DNA from: a virus
Virus record (IMG/VR): IMGVR_UViG_3300028024_000002
Coordinates: 1-37,908 of that record
Direction: 5' to 3' (one strand)
DNA: 37,908 bases
Positions 1 to 6,546 of this stretch are shown piece by piece. Both the position numbers and the translations under genes were made by a program. The stretch's first letter is position 1; every line of letters starts with the position of its first letter. The notes beneath the pieces are model-generated. The model saw only the letters and a list, made by a program, of their open reading frames with translations. It was not told the DNA's origin and searched no databases.

Positions 1-127
1 GCCGCCAACCACAACCCGAAATGGAGGGCTAGGTTAGCGACGGCCAGCAGCGCCCGATCGGTGACCAGCTGCATGCTCAGTCTCCGATCCGCAGCTGTGC
101 GAGCTCGTCTTTCAGGTGCTGCAGCTT
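1..127. repeat. Left copy of the exact 127-bp terminal direct repeat (circularisation overlap)
   Basis: Bases 1-127 are identical to 37782-37908, read base by base. The repeat contains the 3' end of the CDS at 77-565 and the start of the small ORF at 37739-37855. Confidence 0.95.
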
Positions 128-565
128 GTTTTCGAGATCGCCCAGCGCGGCATCGATCGCGGCCGATTGCTGCCAGTCGCTGCCCGGTGCCAGGACCTCG
201 GCAACAACCGCCGCGCCATGCAGGCGCCAAGCGCGCAGCAGGTACTTGGCATAGGGTGCGTGGCCCTGCAGCCAGCCCTCCGCCGTCCGGACTTCGACAT
301 CAAAGGCCCGCGCGATTTCCTTCGCGCTGACATGGCGCCGGCGCAATGCCGCCGCCCATCGCGCGCCGATGGCACTTTCATCCTGCAAAGTGACCGTATT
401 CTGGCCCATGGCTTTCTCGCCTCTCCCGCTCCAGATTTGGAAACGGATCGAGGGTTGGCCCGGCCTTTGATCAGCGACGACCGTCAACGGTAAGGGCAGC
501 TGGCGGGTCGGGGCAGCAACCCCGCCCGCCGGCACAAGGAAACCGAAAAGATCACGTTCAGTCAT
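77..565 (-). CDS. Early-operon protein with a putative HTH (VSAKEIARAFDVEVRTAEGWL) and a C-terminal coiled-coil-like tail; alternative start at 409
   Basis: ATG at 565 is preceded by GAGG 8 nt upstream. The internal ATG at 409 is preceded by GGAGAGG. GC3 is high. It is the second gene after the Cro-like gene. Confidence 0.6.
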   Translation of the reverse strand: MTERDLFGFLVPAGGVAAPTRQLPLPLTVVADQRPGQPSIRFQIWSGRGEKAMGQNTVTLQDESAIGARWAAALRRRHVSAKEIARAFDVEVRTAEGWLQGHAPYAKYLLRAWRLHGAAVVAEVLAPGSDWQQSAAIDAALGDLENKLQHLKDELAQLRIGD

Positions 566-588
566 GACGCAACCTCGCCGACGAGGGG

Positions 589-621
589 CCGGCCGGCCGA
601 GGGGAGTGCTCGGCCGGCCGG
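589..621. promoter_or_regulatory. Perfect 13-bp GC-rich stem-loop (CCGGCCGGCCGAG-N7-CTCGGCCGGCCGG) between the Cro-like gene and the next gene
   Basis: Arms 589-601 and 609-621 are exact reverse complements. No U tract follows on either strand, so it is not a canonical intrinsic terminator. Confidence 0.6.
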
Positions 622-673
622 AAGCGACCCGGCATCGTCACAGGCCGGGCCAGTGGGGAGAGAGATGAGAGGA

Positions 674-916
674 TCACGCCGCATGCGCCGCCTCCGGGGC
701 GGCCGGCGTAACGGCATCGGCCGCGCGACCGTAGAAGTGCGCGGCCGTCACGTACCCTTCCGTGACCTCGGCGATGCGGTCCATCACGTCGGGTCGCGGG
801 ATTACACCCTTGTGTATGTAGCGGTGGATCTGCAGGCGCGTGCGCCCAATGCGGCGGCCGAACTCGGCAAGCGGCATGTCCTTTTGGGCGATCCATTCCT
901 TCAGTCGCTGACACAT
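674..916 (-). CDS. Cro/YdaS-like HTH transcriptional regulator, first gene of the early (minus-strand) operon
   Basis: 80 aa. HTH segment is MPLAEFGRRIGRTRLQIHRYIHKGVIP. It is divergent from the XRE repressor gene across an operator-containing 116-bp spacer. Confidence 0.7.
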   Translation of the reverse strand: MCQRLKEWIAQKDMPLAEFGRRIGRTRLQIHRYIHKGVIPRPDVMDRIAEVTEGYVTAAHFYGRAADAVTPAAPEAAHAA

Positions 917-946
917 GAGCAGTCCCGGAACTAGGTTAAGTCATAG

Positions 947-975
947 AAGTATCTTTAACAGATACTTTTCGTCAA
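947..975 (-). promoter_or_regulatory. Sigma70-like promoter of the Cro-like operon with operator O1 in the spacer
   Basis: On the minus strand: TTGACG (975-970), a 17-nt spacer, then ATACTT (952-947). The palindrome AGTATCT-TTAAC-AGATACT lies at 948-966. Confidence 0.55.
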
Positions 976-1006
976 GACCTAGTATCCTAAACGGGTCCTG
1001 CGCCAT

Positions 1007-1023
1007 GTATCTTGTAAGGATAC
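1007..1023. promoter_or_regulatory. Operator-like palindrome O2 (GTATCTT-GTA-AGGATAC), 10 nt upstream of the XRE repressor start
   Basis: 6 of 7 arm positions are symmetric, with the same half-site as O1, O3 and O4. A half-site GTATCC also occurs at 982-987. Confidence 0.5.
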
Positions 1024-1032
1024 ACTGAGGGC

Positions 1033-1368
1033 ATGGACAGCAAGCTCAGACAGATGCGGAAGGCTCGGGGGGTCTCTCAGGAGGACCTTGCCGATGCGAT
1101 CGGCGTAAAGAAGGCCGCGATTTCAAAGTATGAGCTGAAGAAGGCCCATCCCACCATTGACCGGCTTAAGCAGATTGCCGATTTCCTGCAGTGCCGCCTC
1201 TCAGATCTGATTGAAGACGACAACGAAGATCCAAAGGCCGAGCGCATGCTGGCGCTCTTCCGCGAGCTGCCGCCGGAACAGCAGGATGCAATGTTACGAC
1301 TTGCTGCTTCGATGGCGGAACCAGCCGGAACAGCTGGCAATCCCGTCAGCAAAAAAACAGGCACCTGA
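1033..1368 (+). CDS. XRE-family HTH repressor (CI-like position; no S24 peptidase domain)
   Basis: 111 aa. HTH_3 signature is MRKARGVSQEDLADAIGVKKAAISKYELKKAHPTIDRLKQIADFL. RBS GAGGG precedes the ATG. Confidence 0.75.
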   Translation: MDSKLRQMRKARGVSQEDLADAIGVKKAAISKYELKKAHPTIDRLKQIADFLQCRLSDLIEDDNEDPKAERMLALFRELPPEQQDAMLRLAASMAEPAGTAGNPVSKKTGT

Positions 1369-1487
1369 TGAGCGCCAAAAAATTTTGCCTCGCTCTACAA
1401 CTGTCAGTTCTGCACAACAGCGTATGCTGACTTTATTGCGTGTAATTTCTGTCTCTAACCTGTCCCAAGACGCGAAAGTATGTCGAA

Positions 1488-1907
1488 ATGTTTCTGCGAA
1501 TGATGATTAAGCCCCTCGCCGCCCTTCTTCTCCTGGCCGGCTGTGTCAGCAGCCACCAGGCCAACCAGGACATACAGGGGCGAGTTGTGGGTCTGTCGGT
1601 CGACGATTTCGTCATGCGTTATGGACCGCCCTATAGCCGCTATGACATGGCGGACGGGCGGAAGGTTTATCGCTGGGGCTATGATCGGGGCACCTACACC
1701 ACGCCGGCCGTCACCACGGGCGCCCTTACAGATACCGGGGACGGAACCCTGGTGTATGACGCGCAAACTGTGGGCGGCGGCACCAAGCACCAGGGCTGCG
1801 ACATTCAGTTTACCGCCGATCAGGCGGGCAAAATCGTCGAGGCGCATGCCGTCCGCGACAGCCTGGGTGTCTGGACAACGTCCTATTGCCATGAATTCTT
1901 CGACTAA
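1488..1907 (+). CDS. Lipoprotein (moron next to the repressor)
   Basis: 139 aa. The signal peptide carries the lipobox LLAG|C (MFLRMMIKPLAALLLLAGC). The flanks are low-GC. Confidence 0.7.
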   Translation: MFLRMMIKPLAALLLLAGCVSSHQANQDIQGRVVGLSVDDFVMRYGPPYSRYDMADGRKVYRWGYDRGTYTTPAVTTGALTDTGDGTLVYDAQTVGGGTKHQGCDIQFTADQAGKIVEAHAVRDSLGVWTTSYCHEFFD

Positions 1908-1920
1908 TCGCCTCACGATG

Positions 1921-1937
1921 GTATCTTATTAAGATAC
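1921..1937. promoter_or_regulatory. Operator O3, perfect palindrome GTATCTT-ATT-AAGATAC
   Basis: 7/7 symmetric arms. It lies 33 bp centre-to-centre from O4. Confidence 0.55.
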
Positions 1938-1943
1938 TTTCTC

Positions 1944-1972
1944 TTGACGTGTAGTATCTTCAAAAGATACTT
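1944..1972 (+). promoter_or_regulatory. Sigma70-like promoter with operator O4 in the spacer, upstream of the second XRE gene
   Basis: TTGACG (1944-1949), a 17-nt spacer, then ATACTT (1967-1972). The perfect palindrome AGTATCTT-CAA-AAGATACT lies at 1953-1971. The geometry is identical to the promoter at 947-975. Confidence 0.55.
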
Positions 1973-2002
1973 TGCCTTCGTCACAACCGATGGAGGCAAC
2001 CA

Positions 2003-2491
2003 GTGGCACATCACAAAAATCTCGCGAAGCCCGCCCGGAAATCCTCTGGCCGTATGGCCAGCCAGGGCTTACCCAACCCGGTCGATGTCTATGTCGGCCA
2101 GCGCATAAGGCTGCGCCGCACCCTGCTCGGCATGAGCCAGGAAAGCCTTGGCGAAGGCATCGGCCTCACCTTCCAGCAGGTCCAGAAATACGAGCGCGGC
2201 ATGAACCGCGTATCGGCCTCGCGCATCATTGATCTCGCAAGCCAGCTGCAGGTCGCGCCGGCCTATTTCTTCGATGAGATGCCGGCGGCAATCGCCGCCA
2301 ACTCGCCCGCGCACCTGCTCGGCAAGGCGCCAGATCTTTCGCCCATCGAACGGGATCCGGCGACCACCAGGCGCTGCCTGGAGCTCGTGCGCTACTTCAA
2401 CGCTATCAGCGATCCAACGGTCCGGAAGGCACTCTATGCGGCCGTCAAAGCCGCTGGCGCCGCGAATGTCGTTCGCGAAGGTGCGCTATGA
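2003..2491 (+). CDS. XRE-family HTH regulator of the type common in alphaproteobacteria
   Basis: The GTG start at 2003 is preceded by GGAGG at 6 nt. HTH_3 core is VGQRIRLRRTLLGMSQESLGEGIGLTFQQVQKYERGMNRVSASRI. A possible alternative ATG lies at 2054. Confidence 0.75.
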   Translation: MAHHKNLAKPARKSSGRMASQGLPNPVDVYVGQRIRLRRTLLGMSQESLGEGIGLTFQQVQKYERGMNRVSASRIIDLASQLQVAPAYFFDEMPAAIAANSPAHLLGKAPDLSPIERDPATTRRCLELVRYFNAISDPTVRKALYAAVKAAGAANVVREGAL

Positions 2492-2772
2492 GCGGTTATC
2501 GCTTCGACCAGGTCGGGCGGGCGGGCAAGTATCTGACCCGCTTCCTGATCCGGTGCTGCGTCTCGGGTGATGCCATCGCCTCGGCGCTGCGCCTCAAGAA
2601 CCGCGACGGCAGTTTCCGCTTCACCCTGCATCGCAACGGCGGCGTCATCGGCACCTTCGAGGGGCCAGACGAGGAGCAGCTGCGCGACCAGGCGCTGAAC
2701 GCGGCCGCGGCCGCCGATGAGACGGCGCAGCTGCAGGGCCGTCGCCCCCGCTACCAGAGGGCGCCCGCATGA
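2488..2772 (+). CDS. Hypothetical protein
   Basis: 94 aa. It has an ATGA overlap with the upstream gene and high GC3. Confidence 0.6.
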   Translation: MSGYRFDQVGRAGKYLTRFLIRCCVSGDAIASALRLKNRDGSFRFTLHRNGGVIGTFEGPDEEQLRDQALNAAAAADETAQLQGRRPRYQRAPA

Positions 2773-2978
2773 GCGCCGACATCATCCCCGCCCGCCCGCC
2801 CGCCGCCGTGCGGCTGCGCCTCGCCAATGAGGGTGAGCCGCTGCTGGTGACGGGCTTCTCTCTCGAAGACGGCCGGCTCGCCGTGCAGCTCCCGCTGCGG
2901 GGCATGGGCGACTGGCTCAAGGAAAACAAGTTCAGCTGGGTCACTGGCTCGAACGGCATCTGGACGAGGTCTATATGA
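2769..2978 (+). CDS. Hypothetical protein
   Basis: 69 aa. ATGA overlaps occur at both ends. Confidence 0.55.
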   Translation: MSADIIPARPPAAVRLRLANEGEPLLVTGFSLEDGRLAVQLPLRGMGDWLKENKFSWVTGSNGIWTRSI

Positions 2979-4483
2979 ACGCACAAACCCCTTACGATCG
3001 CATCATGGCCGACATCGAAGCGGCGAAGCTGTCAGTTTCGGCGGCCTGCACTAGCGCCGGCCTGGCCCGGAACACGCTCTCCCAGGCCAAGAGCCAGGGC
3101 GGCAAGCTCAGCCTGGACACCATCACCGCTTTTGCCGGCTTGCTGAAAAAGCCGGTCGGTTATTATCTCGGCGAGCCGGCCGCGGCGGCGAGCTCCGTTC
3201 CGGCAACGGCACGCTTCGACATGATCACCCCCTCGCCGCGCAATCCGCGCAAGCACATCGACGATGAAAGCTTGCGCGGCCTGGCGGAGAGCATCGCGGC
3301 CGACGGCATACACCTTCCGCTGCTGGTCCGCATGAACCCGGCCGGGCAGGAGCTTTATGAGATCATCGCCGGCGAGCGCCGTTGGCGGGCTGTGCAGCTG
3401 TTGATCAGCGAGGGCCGCGCCGGCAACGACTACGAGCTGCCAATTAAGCCCATCCACCCCTGCGACGATCGGCGCGCCCTGGAGATCGCTGTCACCGAGA
3501 ACGTTGCGCGCAAGGACATGACGCCTTGGGAAGAAGCCCAGGCGTTCGCCAGCCTGGTCGCCGCCGGCGCCAAGGTGGAGGAGATCGCCAAGACCGTTGG
3601 CCTGGTCGCTCGCACGGTGCAGAAACGCCTGCGGCTGGTCAACGATCTGGCGCCGGAAGTGCAGCAGGCCCTCGCCGCCGGCACCATCAGCGTCGAGATC
3701 GCCAATATCTTCGCCAGCGATTGCCCGAAGGAGCTGCAGGCCGAGGCTCTGGAGGACTTCGCTAATATCATTGGCAGCATGAGCGCGGTCAACTTCAAGA
3801 ACCAGCTCACCTGGTTCATCAACAACAATACTGCCGACGATGACGACAGTGACGATGGCGATGAGATCGAGAGTAAGACATCGTCGCGGTCAGCGCCGAA
3901 GCAGACCAAGAAGCAGTCAGCAGCCGAGGCCCTACGGAAGCTTCGAGCTGATAAGGCTGCAGCAACAGAAAACGCGCTGGCGCAAAAGATCGCCGGCGCC
4001 AACGATATCGCGCTACGCCTATGGATGATGTCAGTCATTGCGCACTATTCGCACGACCTGCCCACCACCCTTGAGGCCAGCGACGGCATCCCCGTACATA
4101 TCATCGAGCAATTGCCGGCCGAGTTCCGCAAGCAGTTCCAGGATGAAGCCGACGGCTACGTCTCGAACACCGCCGAGGCACTGGGTGGATTTCGGCAGCT
4201 TCGCGAAGATGCCGACCTGATCAGCATCTGGCACTGGCTCGCCGATATCGACATGGCGATCATCAAGAGTACGTTCTGTCATTGGGTCGCGAATTCAATC
4301 AGCCTGCAGCTGCATCGCCGCGGCAACTACAGCGGCTTCGATGGCGTCGACCCGCTGACCTTGGACCTTGCCGAGATTTGTCATGTCGAAATCCCGGCCG
4401 AGATCCTCCCACCCCAGGTTGACCTGGAGGAGGCGATCGCCGGCAAGCCGGAAAAGGCGGGCAAGAAGAAGGGGGCGAAGTGA
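2975..4483 (+). CDS. ParB N-terminal-domain (ParB/Srx, CTP-switch type) protein with an N-terminal HTH and an acidic linker
   Basis: 502 aa. It carries the ParB box ITPSPRNPRKH and the GERRWRA motif. The N-terminus has an XRE-like HTH. An acidic run NTADDDDSDDGDEIE is present. No ParA gene is in the genome. Confidence 0.75.
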   Translation: MNAQTPYDRIMADIEAAKLSVSAACTSAGLARNTLSQAKSQGGKLSLDTITAFAGLLKKPVGYYLGEPAAAASSVPATARFDMITPSPRNPRKHIDDESLRGLAESIAADGIHLPLLVRMNPAGQELYEIIAGERRWRAVQLLISEGRAGNDYELPIKPIHPCDDRRALEIAVTENVARKDMTPWEEAQAFASLVAAGAKVEEIAKTVGLVARTVQKRLRLVNDLAPEVQQALAAGTISVEIANIFASDCPKELQAEALEDFANIIGSMSAVNFKNQLTWFINNNTADDDDSDDGDEIESKTSSRSAPKQTKKQSAAEALRKLRADKAAATENALAQKIAGANDIALRLWMMSVIAHYSHDLPTTLEASDGIPVHIIEQLPAEFRKQFQDEADGYVSNTAEALGGFRQLREDADLISIWHWLADIDMAIIKSTFCHWVANSISLQLHRRGNYSGFDGVDPLTLDLAEICHVEIPAEILPPQVDLEEAIAGKPEKAGKKKGAK

Positions 4484-4710
4484 TGCAGGAACTTCTACCG
4501 CGGAAGGACGAGCTCGGCATGTGGCGCGACTGCGGGCGCCGTATCGGCCGCGAGCGCGCCATGGTCGACCGCACCAGCAACAAGGTCAAAAAGCCCGAAG
4601 AGCTGTGGATCCCGGAGGGCGCACATCCAGCATGGATTGAGGGCCTACGCGAGGGCTATCTGGCCGAGATCACACAGGACCCCAGCTATCCGCGCACGGA
4701 GGACATCTGA
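4483..4710 (+). CDS. Hypothetical protein
   Basis: 75 aa. It has a TGATG overlap with the ParB-like stop. A GTG at 4480 is an alternative start. Confidence 0.55.
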   Translation: MQELLPRKDELGMWRDCGRRIGRERAMVDRTSNKVKKPEELWIPEGAHPAWIEGLREGYLAEITQDPSYPRTEDI

Positions 4711-5114
4711 TGAGGTTGCCGACCGAGCGAGAGTTCCATCTGTTTCAGGACGATCTCGCCGAGTGGCGCCGGGAGATGCGGAAGCAATACGGCTGGCGCG
4801 CCGGCTTACGCCTGGAACGCGGCGCCGATCGATACGGCCGCGGCTTGCTGCTCTACCGACATTGGCCCTTCTGTTTGTGCTGGGCATGGATCGTCCGTTT
4901 GACCTACGTCACTGAGCCGGCCGTCAGCCGCAAATGGTGGCGCCGCTATCACTACCGCAACAACAGCGGCGTGCAATGGGGCGTCGGTATTGGCAACTGG
5001 TCGCTGACCTATAGCTCGCAGAAGAACGACCAGTGGATGGTTGGCGGCAATCATAGCGAGCGCGCCCTGGCCTATCTCCACGACAAACTGACGAGGAGCA
5101 ACACCCATGCCTGA
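4710..5114 (+). CDS. Hypothetical protein (Trp/Tyr-rich)
   Basis: 134 aa. TGATG coupling and high GC3. Confidence 0.6.
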   Translation: MRLPTEREFHLFQDDLAEWRREMRKQYGWRAGLRLERGADRYGRGLLLYRHWPFCLCWAWIVRLTYVTEPAVSRKWWRRYHYRNNSGVQWGVGIGNWSLTYSSQKNDQWMVGGNHSERALAYLHDKLTRSNTHA

Positions 5115-5379
5115 TCTGGAGAAAGTCGGCCGCGTCGCGTTGCGCCAGGAAGGTCAATGGTGGGTCGCCTATTACGCTCTGCCCGGCACCATGACCGGGG
5201 CACTCACCCTCGGACGCATCCGGCTGGCGCCGGCGATGGCGAACCCGCGCGTCAAGGAGCTGTTCATCGAGACCATGCGCGAGCTGGTCGCCGACATCAT
5301 CGAGAGCAAGACCGGGATCCGCCCCATCTGGAAGACGCCAGAGGAAGCGCCCGAACACGAGAAAGCGGGGAACGCATGA
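5107..5379 (+). CDS. Hypothetical protein
   Basis: 90 aa. It overlaps the upstream gene by 8 nt. Confidence 0.6.
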   Translation: MPDLEKVGRVALRQEGQWWVAYYALPGTMTGALTLGRIRLAPAMANPRVKELFIETMRELVADIIESKTGIRPIWKTPEEAPEHEKAGNA

Positions 5380-5720
5380 GCTTTTATAAGAACGCTGTTT
5401 GTCGCGGCGCATGGGCACTTGGCACGGCCTGCGGCATCTGCGAGCGGTGCGAGGAGATGACCGCTCTCCAACGTGTTGAGAATGGCCGGCGCAGACGTAA
5501 CGAGCAGCGCCTCGCGGCCGCCGCCGATCCCTGGGGACATGCCGAGACCCTTCGCTGGCACTGGCTTCGACGCAAATCTGATGGCGCCCTCCGCATCGCC
5601 TGGCATCAAAGTGGAGATTGGAGGATATCCGACCTCATCGCGCGCACGACATGGCGAACAGACAAACAAACCCGGGACCATTACGACTACGTTTGTCCGG
5701 TCCAGTTGCCGGAGGCTTGA
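5376..5720 (+). CDS. Hypothetical protein with a Cys-rich N-terminus (CxxxxxxxxCxxCxxC)
   Basis: The internal ATG at 5376 of track ORF 5157-5720 forms an ATGA overlap with the upstream stop. The part upstream of 5376 looks like off-frame shadow. Confidence 0.55.
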   Translation: MSFYKNAVCRGAWALGTACGICERCEEMTALQRVENGRRRRNEQRLAAAADPWGHAETLRWHWLRRKSDGALRIAWHQSGDWRISDLIARTTWRTDKQTRDHYDYVCPVQLPEA

Positions 5721-5723
5721 GCT

Positions 5724-5945
5724 ATGCGTGAATTTTTCCGAGACCTTTGGGAGGCGATCACGACACCGCCCGGCCAGGTATACCTGGAGATGCAGCGTGA
5801 GCGCATAAAGACGATGGAATACGTTTGGCGCCAGCAACGGCGCGCCGAGATGCGGGCGACGCCGCCTCAGAAGATGGAGGCGGACGACCTCTACGGCCGG
5901 CGCTACATGATCGCCGCCAATATCGGCATCGAGGAGGCCGCATGA
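5724..5945 (+). CDS. Hypothetical protein
   Basis: 73 aa, lying in the operon. Confidence 0.55.
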   Translation: MREFFRDLWEAITTPPGQVYLEMQRERIKTMEYVWRQQRRAEMRATPPQKMEADDLYGRRYMIAANIGIEEAA

Positions 5946-6226
5946 CCGACCGCACCCTCCTTGACCGCTCGGCCGTCGCCCGCAAGCTTGGGATCACCGT
6001 CGAGAAATTCTATCGCCAGCGCCCCGACCTGGAGGCCGAGGGTTTCCCGGCGCCGGCAATCGGCCGCATGAGCGGCGCCCGCTGGGATCCGGTGGCGATC
6101 GATCGCTGGCTCGATCGCAAGCTGTCGACGCCGGCGCCGGCCGCCAGCGGGGCCGGCAAGGTCGAGGATTGGGGCGCCGAGCTCGATCGCAACGCTGCGG
6201 CCCTCGCCGCTGGCCGGCGGCGCTGA
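5942..6226 (+). CDS. xis: Excisionase/AlpA-like (MerR-type HTH_17) DNA-binding protein
   Basis: The internal ATG at 5942 forms an ATGA overlap. The motif is LLDRSAVARKLGITVEKFYRQRPDLEAEGFPAP...RWDPVAIDRWL. It lies upstream of int. Confidence 0.6.
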   Translation: MTDRTLLDRSAVARKLGITVEKFYRQRPDLEAEGFPAPAIGRMSGARWDPVAIDRWLDRKLSTPAPAASGAGKVEDWGAELDRNAAALAAGRRR

Positions 6227-6546
6227 TGTACCGGGCGCGCGGCAAGTCCCTCGTCTTTCAGGTCCTGCGCGAGCTCGTCATCGGCCTCGCCGACAACGTG
6301 CAGGACCTGGACGAGGCCTTGCGCGTGAACCGCGCCTATATCGACGAGCTGCGCGAGACCGACATCGATTTATGGAACGCGCTGAAGGAGCAGACGCAGA
6401 CCTTGCGACAGCGCATGCGATCGGCCAGCCACTTGACGCCGGCCAGCGGGCCGGCGCGTAATTTCGGGACACCAGCGCCGACCTATGCGGTCGGCCGACA
6501 GAGGGACGGCTGGGATGGCCAGGATCAAGGTTCGCTATTTCGTTGA
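6226..6546 (+). CDS. Hypothetical protein overlapping the integrase start
   Basis: 106 aa from the ATG at 6226 (TGATG coupling). Its 3' end overlaps int by about 32 nt. Confidence 0.45.
   Translation: MYRARGKSLVFQVLRELVIGLADNVQDLDEALRVNRAYIDELRETDIDLWNALKEQTQTLRQRMRSASHLTPASGPARNFGTPAPTYAVGRQRDGWDGQDQGSLFR
6460..6471 (+). promoter_or_regulatory. Copy of the 12-mer AATTTCGGGACA, 44 nt upstream of the int start
   Basis: It matches exactly the copies at 30318-30329, 30339-30350 (minus strand) and 32208-32219 (plus strand). Confidence 0.5.

Noticed and set aside
1-127. The 127-bp terminal repeat as a genuine T7-like direct terminal repeat.
   Set aside because: The repeat cuts through coding sequence, and its length equals a common maximum assembler k-mer. 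An assembly overlap of a circular or circularly permuted genome is more parsimonious. Only read-level data could decide.
1369-1487. A possible terminator or sRNA in the spacer between the XRE repressor and the lipoprotein gene. It contains CTAACC and TGTCCCAAGAC, which partly resemble the two repeat families.
   Set aside because: I found no stable hairpin with a U tract. The motif matches are only partial (6-7 nt) and could be chance. The promoter assignment is too weak to report as a feature.
2975-4483. A plasmid-type partition system (ParA-ParB-parS), which would imply a phage-plasmid lifestyle.
   Set aside because: No Walker-type ParA gene is present anywhere and I saw no canonical parS. 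The presence of int, xis and a tRNA-type attP argues for integration. The gene is kept as an orphan ParB-like finding instead.
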